Source: Octopus sinensis (taxonomy: Eukaryota). From it: DNA of 64,000 bases. The notes beneath the pieces are model-generated. The model saw only the letters and a list, made by a program, of their open reading frames with translations, searched no databases and was not told the DNA's origin. This document shows, in pieces, positions 39,717-51,820 of this stretch (position 1 is its first letter; each line of letters opens with the position of its first letter). Location: NCBI RefSeq assembly GCF_006345805.1, contig NC_043003.1, positions 68,386,001 through 68,450,000 on the forward strand, given 5' to 3'. Position numbers and translations under genes: made by a program.

Positions 39717-40350
39717 GGATAGACAGATATATATAGATATAGCTATAAACAGACTCGTATATATAAGTATATCTTTCCCTCTGTCTTTTTATCCCCCTCT
39801 CTCTTTCCCTCTGTTTATTTATAGATAGCGACAAAGACGGACAGACAGTGATACACAGACAGACGGCCGGACAGACAGACATACAGACAGACGGACAGAT
39901 GGACAGACGGACAGACAGACAAGTAGACAGGTAGACAGGTAGATAGATAGGTAGATAAAACTCTTCAAATTGATAACTTCTAATTTTATGATATAGCTGC
40001 ACATATCGAAGCAAGCGTGTATTTAATCTTAAAATTATTCAATATGTAGCTCTGGACAGCCATACAAATCATATGAACAACGTCGGAATTATCGAGTCAT
40101 ACACCTACACATAAAGTTATGAAACATGTATATGAGTTTAAGCATTAGAAATTCTTCAATTTTTACCCTTGTCTGCTTCTCAATTCGTCAATATTTTTTA
40201 TATTTTCCTACGCATCACCGTGTATCTCTGTGTATATGTACATATATATATATGTGTGTATGTATATATATATGTGTGTGTATATATATATATATGTATA
40301 TATATATATGTATATATGTATGTATACATATATATGTGTGTGTGAGTATG

Positions 40351-40398
<48 letters not shown>

Positions 40399-40455
40399 TG
40401 TATATATGCATGTATATATATAATATATATAATATATATATAATATATATATATG
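39470..40455. repeat. (TA)n, (GATA)n, (GACA)n microsatellite block
   Basis: Direct reading. Confidence 0.92.
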
Positions 40456-40674
40456 CGTTTGGGGGCAGATTATTTTGTGGGGATAATTTCTGTCCGGGTC
40501 TTGTGTAGGGGATGTTAATTAGTGTGATTGCGGATGAATAATTGTGCGTATTTCGTGCGAGGTTTGCGTTCCAGTTCAAAGGAAACTTTATTAAATTCTA
40601 CATAATTTAATAAAATGCAATCAATAATGACTGAACCGGCAACAAAGGATAACCTAACAACATAAAAAAAAAAC

Positions 40675-40710
40675 AATAATAATAATACGGCCACCAGCAA
40701 CGTCGCCAGC

Positions 40711-40769
<59 letters not shown>

Positions 40770-41046
40770 TAATAATAATAATAATAGCAGCGACGACGAT
40801 CATTATGATGAGGAGGTGGAGGAGGAGGAGAAGGCGGAGAAGGAGGACGAGGCGGAGCGTGATGATGATGACGACGATGATAGTAATGATGACGATGATG
40901 ATGATAATAATAAGTTATTGTAACAATTGTAATAGTTGTAACATTAATAATGAAAATATAAACATAAGAAACTAGAAGAGGAAGGATGTTCATAAAATAG
41001 TAACAATAATAATATTAGTAATAATAATAATAATAATGATAATATG

Positions 41047-41082
<36 letters not shown>

Positions 41083-41280
41083 TAATATGATAATAATAAT
41101 AATAATAATAATAATAATATAATAATAATAATAATTATAATGATGATAATTATAATAACAAAAATGACAACAGCAAAATTAAGAAAAATAAAGGAAAAAG
41201 GAGGAGGAGGAAGAGGTGAAAAAGAAGAGTAATAAAAATACAACAAACACACCGACAACAACAAAAGCAACAACTATGAT
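40675..41280. repeat. (TAA)n/(GGA)n/(GAT)n trinucleotide low-complexity block
   Basis: Direct reading. Confidence 0.9.
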
Positions 41281-42104
41281 ATAAGAAGTGGAATAGGAAG
41301 ATCTGTCATGACAGACATGGCATGAAGAAGGGAAAAAAATAATTTAATAAAAGAAAACAAACGAAATAGATTTGATTAACCGAAATCCATTTCTTCTTTT
41401 AAAACCCATTGCTTCAAAATACAGCAATAGTGATTTTTTGACCCAACAACAAAAGAAATATATTCCAACGGCATTTTATCCAAAAACTGTCTAATAAGTG
41501 ATATTGCATTCGTCTGTTTATGCCATTTTATTCGTTTTCAGTTCTGTCTCCCTCTAACACGTATCGTGACCTTTACAATATAGCGTCACCCGTGAAATTG
41601 ATGATGAAAGCTTTGTTATTTCATAGTCAGATACGAATCGACACAAAGCTGTTTGCAGACGAACGCTTTTCTAACTTTTATTCTCATTAATCGCAGTATT
41701 TGAGTTTGCTTCCATTATAACATTTTGCTTGTGTATGTACATTTGTACGACTGTGTATACGAGTTCGTGTGTTTGCCTCTGTTGTGAGTGTTTATGTGTA
41801 TGTGTGTCTCTCTCTGTGTCTGTGTGTATTTCAATATGTGTTTGTGTGCGTGTGTATGCATAGACACACTTCAGTAAACCAAATCTAGTAAATTCAATTA
41901 TCGTGAAAACTTGGATGCAATATCCTGTTAGATACATTGTATATACACATATGCATGAGTGTATATTCGTGCGTGTTAGTGTAATGCGTACTCACATGCC
42001 TGTGTAATGGCTTGTATATTTATATATGTATATAAATATAAATGCACATATATTTACAGAGGTTTCCTTATAGCCACATATATAAAATTAAACTTGTGTT
42101 TTGT

Positions 42105-42118
42105 CTATGTATACATAT

Positions 42119-42199
<81 letters not shown>

Positions 42200-42421
42200 T
42201 ATATTTGTGAGTGTGTGTGCGTGCGTTTCTGTTATATACGTATGTATATATGCATATATATTATATATATATATATATTTCAATTTATACATGCTAAATG
42301 TGAAAACACAAGTGCTCACACACGTATATATATATACGTCTCTCACTACCTTTCTCTCTCTTTCACTCTCTCTTTCTCCCACACTCCCTCCTCTCTCTCT
42401 CTCTCTTCTCTTCTTCCTCTA

Positions 42422-42459
<38 letters not shown>

Positions 42460-42767
42460 TCCCCCTCTCTCTTTCTGTATCTACTAAAACTGTATAACGA
42501 AATTATCATGATTCAATTTCCGAAAGTTCCAACTTAAATTTGGCAATATATGTTCCAACAAATGAAATAAAATGGTCAATAAAATCTAACAAGGAATTTT
42601 CAGAATGTTGTCATTATTTGCTTTGATTTTACTTTTCAGAAGTTCGGTTTATTCTAAATAACCCAGCAACAATTTACGAAATGTTTTCCAAACTCTGTGT
42701 TATAATTGTTTTCTTCAATTGAAATTTAGCGATATACGTGTGTTTACTTACGTCCTGCTGGAAAAGT

Positions 42768-42812
<45 letters not shown>

Positions 42813-42926
42813 ATATTATGTGTATATATATATATATATATATGTACATATATATACATATATATATATATATGTATATATATATACATATATATATACA
42901 TAATATATATATATTATATATGTATG

Positions 42927-42972
<46 letters not shown>

Positions 42973-43040
42973 TATATACATAATATACATCCATGTATGT
43001 ATATATATGTATATATATATATGTATATATATATATATAG

Positions 43041-43075
<35 letters not shown>

Positions 43076-43076
43076 C

Positions 43077-43118
<42 letters not shown>

Positions 43119-43195
43119 GTGTGTGTGTATGTGTGTGTGTACACACGTACATATGCGTTTGTTTGCATATATGAATATATGTATGTATGTACGTA
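42105..43195. repeat. (TA)n/(CT)n/(TG)n microsatellite block
   Basis: Direct reading. Confidence 0.92.
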
Positions 43196-44210
43196 TAAGA
43201 ATTGATAAATAATTGACGTCCACAGGCAGTTCAACATGGTGCCGAACAATCATGAATAATCAAAATGCTTAACAGATTGCGTACTTAGGTCACGGGGAAG
43301 CGACGTGTTCGATCAAATAACCAATCATGAGTTTAACTTATTTTTTTAACCTATATATGCAAATAATATGGGTATGAATCATAAGTGAAGTTCCACGAGT
43401 AGTACAAACGATTAACATTTCTCCTTCAAGCAACCTGACAAATCATGTAAAAATATTTCTCATTTTTAAAAGTCTTCTGAGTATTTCAATGTTTACATAA
43501 TCTCTTCTAAATTTCTCCATTTTTATTTTTTCTACGATATCTATCGAATATTTAAACATTCGTCATTTCGTTCCACTATGAAATTTTTTGAATACTTGAA
43601 ATTTTCTCATTGAATTTTACTATGCAACCAAATGAGTATTCGAGTTTTGCGTTTGTTTTATCACAATGTAACTGTTTCCTGTACATTCTTGTACATTATT
43701 AACTTGTATTATTATCTACCAATTGAAAAATGGCCAATAAACGACATGGATCTAAATAATTTCAAGGAGCAACACTGGAACCTCATTTCAAAATTTGGCC
43801 CTAGGTTTCAAATTCATTCACTGTATCTTTCCCAGTATAATTTCCTTAATTAACAGTAAAATGAACGAAAAAGAGTAAAGCTTGTTAGTAAAGGACGAGA
43901 ATTTAAATCGAGATGATATACTGAATACGACACGCAAATGACAAAGAAATATGAGAAATGCTTATCCAGTTGGGATATTTTTCTCTTCTTCCAAGAAAAT
44001 TCTAATTGTATAAAGTTCGTTGGAATATACTTAACTGTGTATGCTTGTATGCGCATTCGTATGTGTGATTGAGCATGTGTATGTGCAAACACACTTCCAG
44101 GTACATGCACACACACTTATATACAAACACATACACATACATATATGCATATGTGTATACATGTATACATATATGTATATTTATATGTATATGTGTATAT
44201 ATATATATAT

Positions 44211-44640
44211 GTGTGTGTGTTTGTGTGTATGTGTGTAGGTGTGTTGTAAGAAGCTTGCTTCCCAACCACATGGTTCTGGGTTCAGTCCCACAACATGGCA
44301 CCTTCTACTATAGCCTTGGGCTGACCAAAGCCTTGAGAGTAGATTTGGTAAACGGAAACTCAAACAAGCCCGTCGTATATCTATATAAATGTGTGTATGT
44401 GTGTGTATGTTTGTGTGTCTTTGTGTGTCCCCCCAGCATCGCTTGACAACTGATGTCGTGATCGAAGGGGGCCTTTTTAGAAATATGCATATATACATAT
44501 ATATATATATATATAATATATATATATATATATACATACATACAAACATATATGTATATATAAATACATACATACATACATACATGCATATATATATATA
44601 TACATATATGTTTGAATGTATGTATGTATGTATATATATA

Positions 44641-44684
<44 letters not shown>

Positions 44685-44947
44685 TATTCTAAAAAGGCCC
44701 CCTTCGATCACGACATCAGTTGTCAAGCGATGTTGGGGGACACACAAAGACAAACAAACATACACACACATACACACATATATATATATATACGACGGGC
44801 TTCTTTGAGTTTCCGTTTACCAGATCTACTCTTAAGGCTTTGGTCAGCCCAACGCTATAGTAGAAGGTGCCATGTTGTGGGGCTGAACCCAGAACCATGT
44901 GGTTGGGAAGCAAGCTTCATACAACACACCTACAGACATACACACAA

Positions 44948-44960
<13 letters not shown>
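44211..44960. repeat. Inverted duplication of a deleted SINE-A derivative (44211-44490 + / 44681-44960 -) around a (TA)n spacer
   Basis: Both arms share the same internal deletion (ggcaccttctactatagc) and the same non-SINE 3' extension (gtcgtgatcgaagggggcctttttagaa). Confidence 0.92.
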
Positions 44961-44978
<18 letters not shown>

Positions 44979-45102
44979 CATGTAATGTATGATATATATC
45001 ACATATATCATATGTATATAATGTATCATATGTATATATGTATATATGATAGATCGATAGCTACTACAGACATTTTTTCTCTCCTTGTTTCCTTCTGTGT
45101 TC

Positions 45103-45138
45103 CTTTCTGTGGAAGAGCCTAGGCTCGAAATGTAAAAG
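45103..45138 (+). ncRNA. Degenerate minimal hammerhead-like motif in a short interspersed repeat (about 45068-45230)
   Basis: cuuu-CUGUGGA-a-gagc(cuag)gcuc-GAAA-ug-UA-aaag: stems I and II are intact but the core is non-canonical. Confidence 0.4.
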
Positions 45139-45229
45139 AGTTTTCCAATTCCCGATCATTATACTAATACATCTGTTTGTTTCTACAACACCTATCTTCG
45201 TCTTTGGTTTTTTTTTCGTGAATAACCCC

Positions 45230-45313
<84 letters not shown>

Positions 45314-45529
45314 ATATGTATGTATACATATATATATATATAATGCAAAATACAGATCTATATTATATCATATGTATAAAAGGCATAATGGTGTGTGCGT
45401 GTGTGTGCGTGTACGTGAGTGTAATTTATGTACATCCACAAATTAACACGCATGTCGCTCAAATTTTAGGAAGACATTCGTCAACATCCTATCTGAGTTT
45501 TGTCATCTTATTTTCTCCCAAGGCACCCG

Positions 45530-46230
45530 CGGAAAGCAGTAAAATTCTATTTTCGGGCATATTTTTTAGCCATAAAAAATATCAGCCATAGCTTTTTGAC
45601 GGCGTCTAAAAAACAAAAAATAAGAAGATAAAGAAAAGTGGAAGAGTGGCAGAAAGTTTCACGCGAAAGACAAAGTGAGAGAGGGAGAGAGAGAGAGAGA
45701 GAGTAAATGACGACGTTCATAAAAAATATCAGCCATAGCTTTTTGACGTCGTCTAACAAAAAATAAGTTAAAGAAAATTGGAAGAGCGTTTCACGGAGTC
45801 TAAACAAAAATGGAAAGACAAAGTGAGAGATAGAGAGGGAGAGAGAGAGTGTGTGTGTAAGTCACGAGGTTCATAAAAAATAAAATGTAAACTATTTTGT
45901 TTTTTCTTAAACACGAGATATAGTGTACAAATTCAGGACACTGTATTTTATAATCATAGTATATATACTTTTTCACACAAGAATTACAATATATTTATTT
46001 TAAATCATTTATTTATTTGAAATCGTTCATCTTTCTCCCCCTTTCTCTCTCTTTCTCTCTCTCTTGCTCACACACATTACTTTGTCTACGAAAGAGTTTT
46101 TTTTATTTTACGCCGAGTGAAAAAGTGTTTTGTTGAGAGTCGATATTACTTAGTTTGGTTTCAAATAAAGAACTTGATTAGCTTAATAATTGCAACTTAA
46201 TCCCGGGCAAGGCCGGGTTATACTGCGAGT
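45530..46230 (+). mobile_element. Probable non-autonomous Helitron-like element with an internal ~145 bp duplication
   Basis: 3' hairpin cccgg-gcaagg-ccggg (46202-46217) followed by ctgcgag|t (CTRR-like, one mismatch). Duplicated block 45570-45715 / 45718-45870. 5' end uncertain. Confidence 0.45.
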
Positions 46231-47014
46231 ATGTTATAATATATATGTGCTTGTGTGTAACATGCATAAACGTATGCATTCATGTTCAGATGTATGTGCT
46301 ATGGATGTAGATAAACAGATAAACAGAAAGAACGAAAGTGGCACAGGAGAAAGAAGTTGAAATGAGGAAAATTGTTATGTAATTGCTTATAACAAATTTA
46401 TGAGTAAAATTGTTGCATCTGTTTTACTCACTAGTTAATCGATGCAACAGACATATATAAATGTAATATACAATATTTGGACAGTTGATAAAACGGTAAA
46501 AATCTTTTGTAATAGATTATAGAATGTATAATGAAAAATAAATTATGAATTTTTATTTCCCTAAAGTTATTCACACACTAAAAGCTACATGTGGAGCAGC
46601 TAATATTGGCATATTTTTCATCTGTATATCACAGATTGTATTTTAAGAAATTTTGCAATAAACAACTACATTTTACTTAGTATACACATGGTAGAAAAAT
46701 GAAAAAGTGACAACTTGAATAAAATATTTAATAATGCATTCAAATATAATGGATATATTTTTGAAATAATCTACAGGAAAAACTTTTAATAATACTTCAT
46801 CGCTTACATGAGGGGAAACAGCACGAACGTAAACAGAAAACACAAGCAGCCACATGCACGTACACACACTCACATTCACAGAGACAGACATACATATATG
46901 TGTGTGTGTGTGCGTGTTAGCGTCTGTGTGTGTGTTATGGTCGTAGATAAATAGAAAGAACGGAATAGGCACAGGTAAAAATGTTGTGAGTGAAATTGTA
47001 AATTGTAATGTAAT

Positions 47015-47016
47015 TG

Positions 47017-47073
<57 letters not shown>

Positions 47074-47329
47074 TATATATATGTATGTATATAAGTATAT
47101 GTGTGTATCTATATATGTATGTATGTATATATGTAGGTAGGTAGGTACGTAGGTAGATAGGTTGGTAGGTAGGGATACCTTTATAATACAACACTTAGGC
47201 GCATCAAAAACTAAAAGTATGTTTACATGTAACTTCGATGCGGTGCTGAGATGGAGGATTTAGATACATACATATATATATATATACATATTTGCACACA
47301 TTTATATACATATATACATACGTACATAC

Positions 47330-47412
<83 letters not shown>

Positions 47413-47468
47413 CATAAATAAATGTATGTATGGATAAATTGATAGATAGATAAATTGATAGATAGATT

Positions 47469-47511
<43 letters not shown>

Positions 47512-47512
47512 G

Positions 47513-47594
<82 letters not shown>

Positions 47595-47600
47595 CAGAGA
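47015..47600. repeat. (TA)n, (TATG)n, (GATA)n microsatellites
   Basis: Direct reading. Confidence 0.93.
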
Positions 47601-47784
47601 GATACGTGTGTGTTCACATTTTCATAGATCTTTCTTGTCATTTGCATACCTGCATATCTTGCTGGAATGCTTAGGAGAACAATAAACTGTTTTCGATTAT
47701 TTTTGTTTTGATTTGGTTTTTTTAAAAAAAAGTTTAATTTGAATAATGTTACACATGAAAGTATCAACTTCTTGTATATATATG

Positions 47785-47819
<35 letters not shown>

Positions 47820-48033
47820 TAATATATATATATATAGAAAATAGTAAAAAGTGAAAAAACTACAGAAGGCTTGTTTTAAAAGGTTAAAAAATATATATTT
47901 GAGTCAATATGTCTGAAGAATATTATTAATTTTTTTCTTACAATGACATAGTTTAGAAGAAAGACCGGTTTCGCGTTTAGCTTTTCAAATTTCTAACGTC
48001 GTTATGTTTATGTTGAGAAGAGTTATCGTTATG

Positions 48034-48419
48034 TTTAAAGAGGGACAGAAATTCAAGATCAAATCTAATTTTACTTGTGCCTCTGAAAACATAATTTATG
48101 TCATAAAATGCTCGGGCTGCCACCAGACTACGTGGGATCCACGGGACTATCACTCAGATGTAGATGCACACTGCATCGACAACAGATTGCATTCCCAGAA
48201 TCCAGAATGATACCTTTTAGTGAGCACATTGAGAAATGCGCAAAGCAACTACTAACACAATTTTTAATCTTTCCATTTTACCAATGTGCTATCGGATCAT
48301 CAACACAAATTAGACTAAACAAGGAAACATTCTTCATTGAAAAGTACAAGCCCAGACTTAATCATTCCAACATACTTATACAGAGAAATTCACCCCAAAG
48401 GAAAGGTAAAAAATTTTAA
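48034..48419 (+). pseudogene. GIY-YIG endonuclease domain of a Penelope-like element (one frameshift near 48128)
   Basis: FKIKSNFTCASENIIYVIKCSGCHQ/YVGSTGLSLRCRCTLHRQQI...FSEHIEKC...RLNKETFFIEKYKPRLN. Confidence 0.9.
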
Positions 48420-48527
48420 GCGATTATCTCCCCTACACCGGAAGAAATCACTTATTACCTCCCCTTATCTAGAACTCTTTTCAACATAAACATAACGATA
48501 ACTCTGCTCAACATAAGCATAACGACG

Positions 48528-48567
48528 TAAGAAATTTGAAAAGCTACACGCGAAACCGGTCTTTCTT
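48528..48567 (+). ncRNA. Minimal hammerhead-like motif in the pseudo-LTR (mirror copy at 47957-47995 on -)
   Basis: aagaaa-u-UUGAAAA-gc(uacac)gc-GAAA-ccgg-UC-uuucuu: U3-A8 replaces C3-G8, stem III is the palindrome accggu, and there is one extra U before the core. Confidence 0.55.
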
Positions 48568-48723
48568 CTAAACTATGTCATTTTAAGAAAAAAATTTATA
48601 ATATTCTTCAGACATATTGACTCAAATATATATTTTTTAACCTTTTAAAACAAGCCTTCTGTAGTTTTTTCACTTTTTACTATTTTCTATATATTCAACC
48701 ACGTGCTTTCGCAAACCAACTTT

Positions 48724-48758
<35 letters not shown>

Positions 48759-48880
48759 CGATTTAGGAGTGACCCCAACAGGTCACTCGTCCACCAGAAA
48801 GAGCAGCCATAACTCACACCGCCAAGTATTATTAATTCAGAAATTAGGTGAAAATTTAAAAACATTTACCCTAATTCATC

Positions 48881-48980
48881 CTTTTAGACGTTGCAACGTT
48901 TCTGTGTCATTAATGATTAAATTAGCTTAATTAAATTAAATTAAGCCAATCTACCATAGGTTACACTTCATCAGTAAAAG
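48881..48980 (-). ncRNA. Type I hammerhead ribozyme (array unit 1)
   Basis: Reverse complement of the motif described at 50774-50873. Confidence 0.78.
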
Positions 48981-49353
48981 ACCTGGGAGAGACAAATATA
49001 CACGAGGCGTCTGTATTGATGCCTACGGGATATCTGACTTAAAATTTTCAAGACTGACGTATTCGCGCCAAACTTGTCAACAGTAAATATAAACTGCCGA
49101 TTTAATCTCAGAATTATTCAGAAAATTATCAATTAGTCATTTAGGGTAGCAAAAAATTCAATAGAAATTTATCGCAACCAGCGGCCTGGTGAAAAAGAGA
49201 AAATAGTCATCGACTAAATATATAAATATAACGATTTAGGAGTGACCCCAACAGGTCACTCGTCCACCAGAAAGAGCAGCCATAACTCACACCGCCAAGT
49301 ATTATTAATTCAGAAATTAGGTGAAAATTTAAAAACATTTACCCTAATTCATC

Positions 49354-49453
49354 CTTTTAGACGTTGCAACGTTTCTGTGTCATTAATGATTAAATTAGCT
49401 TAATTAAATTAAATTAAGCCAATCTACCATAGGTTACACTTCATCAGTAAAAG
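49354..49453 (-). ncRNA. Type I hammerhead ribozyme (array unit 2)
   Basis: Same motif as 50774-50873, on the minus strand. Confidence 0.78.
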
Positions 49454-49824
49454 ACCTGGGAGAGACAAATATACACGAGGCGTCTGTATTGATGCCTACG
49501 GATATCTGACTTAAAATTTTCAAGACTGACGTATTCGCGCCAACTTATCAACAGTAAATATAAACTGCCGATTTAATCTCAGAATTATTCAGAAAATTAT
49601 CAATTAGTCATTTAGGGTAGCAAAAAATTCAATAGAAATTTATCGCAACCAGCGGCCTGGTGAAAAAGAGAAAATAGTCATCGACTAAATATATAAATAT
49701 AACGATTTAGGAGTGACCCCAACAGGTCACTCGTCCACCAGAAAGAGCAGCCATAACTCACACCGCCAAGTATTATTAATTCAGAAATTAGGTGAAAATT
49801 TAAAAACATTTACCCTAATTCATC

Positions 49825-49924
49825 CTTTTAGACGTTGCAACGTTTCTGTGTCATTAATGATTAAATTAGCTTAATTAAATTAAATTAAGCCAATCTACCA
49901 TAGGTTACACTTCATCAGTAAAAG
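49825..49924 (-). ncRNA. Type I hammerhead ribozyme (array unit 3)
   Basis: Same motif as 50774-50873, on the minus strand. Confidence 0.78.
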
Positions 49925-50773
49925 ACCTGGGAGAGACAAATATACACGAGGCGTCTGTATTGATGCCTACGGGATATCTGACTTAAAATTTTCAAGACTG
50001 ACGTATTCGCGCCAAACTTATCAACAGTAAATATAAACTGCCGATTTAATCTCAGAATTATTCAGAAAATTATCAATTAGTCAATTTAGGGTAGCAAAAA
50101 ATTCAATAGAAATTTATCGCAACCAGCGGCCTGGTGAAAAAGAGAAAATAGTCATCGACTAAATATATAAATATAACGATTTAGGAGTGACCCCAACAGG
50201 TCACTCGTCCACCAGAAAGAGCAGCCATAACTCACACCGCCAAGTATTATTAATTCAGAAATTAGGTGAAAATTTAAAAACATTTACCCTAATTCATCTT
50301 TTAGACGTTGCAACGTTTCTGTGTCATTAATGATTAAATTAGCTTAATTAAATTAAATTAAGCCAATCTACCATAGGTTACACTTCATCAGTCTAAAAGA
50401 TGAATTAGGGTAAATGTTTTTAAATTTTCACCTAATTTCTGAATTAATAATACTTGGCGGTGTGAGTTATGGCTGCTCTTTCTGGTGGACGAGTGACCTG
50501 TTGGGGTCACTCCTAAATCGTTATATTTATATATTTAGTCGATGACTATTTTCTCTTTTTCACCAGGCCGCTGGTTGCGATAAATTTCTATTGAATTTTT
50601 TTGCTACCCTAAATTGACTAATTGATAATTTTCTGAATAATTCTGAGATTAAATCGGCAGTTTATATTTACTGCTGATAAGTTTGGCGCGAATACGTCAG
50701 TCTTGAAAATTTTAAGTCAGATATCCCGTAGGCATCAATACAGACGCCTCGTGTATATTTGTCTCTCCCAGGT

Positions 50774-50873
50774 CTTTTACTGATGAAGTGTAACCTATGG
50801 TAGATTGGCTTAATTTAATTTAATTAAGCTAATTTAATCATTAATGACACAGAAACGTTGCAACGTCTAAAAG
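50774..50873 (+). ncRNA. Type I hammerhead ribozyme with extended stem II
   Basis: Stem I cuuuua (50774-79) / uaaaag (50868-73); core CUGAUGA (50780-86); stem II a-gugu...acac-a; GAAA (50852-55); stem III palindrome acguugcaacgu; GUC cleavage triplet ending at 50867. Confidence 0.8.
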
Positions 50874-51248
50874 GATGAATTAGGGTAAATGTTTTTAAAT
50901 TTTCACCTAATTTCTGAATTAATAATACTTGGCGGTGTGAGTTATGGCTGCTCTTTCTGGTGGACGAGTGACCTGTTGGGGTCACTCCTAAATCGTTATA
51001 TTTATATATTTAGTCGATGACTATTTTCTCTTTTTCACCAGGCCGCTGGTTGCGATAAATTTCTATTGAATTTTTTTGCTACCCTAAATTGACTAATTGA
51101 TAATTTTCTGAATAATTCTGAGATTAAATCGGCAGTTTATATTTACTGTTGATAAGTTTGGCGCGAATACGTCAGTCTTGAAAATTTTAAGTCAGATATC
51201 CCGTAGGCATCAATACAGACGCCTCGTGTATATTTGTCTCTCCCAGGT

Positions 51249-51347
51249 CTTTTACTGATGAAGTGTAACCTATGGTAGATTGCTTAATTTAATTTAATTA
51301 AGCTAATTTAATCATTAATGACACAGAAACGTTGCAACGTCTAAAAG
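51249..51347 (+). ncRNA. Type I hammerhead ribozyme (array)
   Basis: CUGAUGA at 51255-61; GUC ends at 51341. Confidence 0.78.
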
Positions 51348-51721
51348 GATGAATTAGGGTAAATGTTTTTAAATTTTCACCTAATTTCTGAATTAATAAT
51401 ACTTGGCGGTGTGAGTTATGGCTGCTCTTTCTGGTGGACGAGTGACCTGTTGGGGTCACTCCTAAATCGTTATATTTATATATTTAGTCGATGACTATTT
51501 TCTCTTTTTCACCAGGCCGCTGGTTGCGATAAATTTCTATTGAATTTTTTTGCTACCCTAAATTGACTAATTGATAATTTTCTGAATAATTCTGAGATTA
51601 AATCGGCAGTTTATATTTACTGTTGATAAGTTTGGCGCGAATACGTCAGTCTTGAAAATTTTAAGTCAGATATCCCGTAGGCATCAATACAGACGCCTCG
51701 TGTATATTTGTCTCTCCAGGT

Positions 51722-51820
51722 CTTTTACTGATGAAGTGTAACCTATGGTAGATTGGCTTAATTTAATTTAATTAAGCTAATTTATCATTAATGACACAGA
51801 AACGTTGCAACGTCTAAAAG
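51722..51820 (+). ncRNA. Type I hammerhead ribozyme (array)
   Basis: CUGAUGA at 51728-34; GUC ends at 51814. Confidence 0.78.

Larger units (their letters stand above)
47837..48726 (+). mobile_element. 5'-truncated Penelope-like element: GIY-YIG fragment between ~200 bp inverted pseudo-LTRs, plus a 3' tail
   Basis: IR arms 47837-48036 / 48488-48687 are near-identical. A 33 nt tail follows at 48694-48726. (TA)n on both sides. Confidence 0.9.

Noticed and set aside
41542-41690. Possible terminal exon after ttttattcgttttcag with a ~49 codon open frame
   Set aside because: No recognisable homology; such signals are expected by chance in AT-rich DNA.
48790-49085. Second, opposite-polarity ribozyme in the unit (accagaaagagca...gtattatta hairpin-ribozyme-like; ctgacgt...caaa...gtc hammerhead-like)
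   Set aside because: Core nucleotides mismatch and I could not build supporting helices. A covariance search would be needed.
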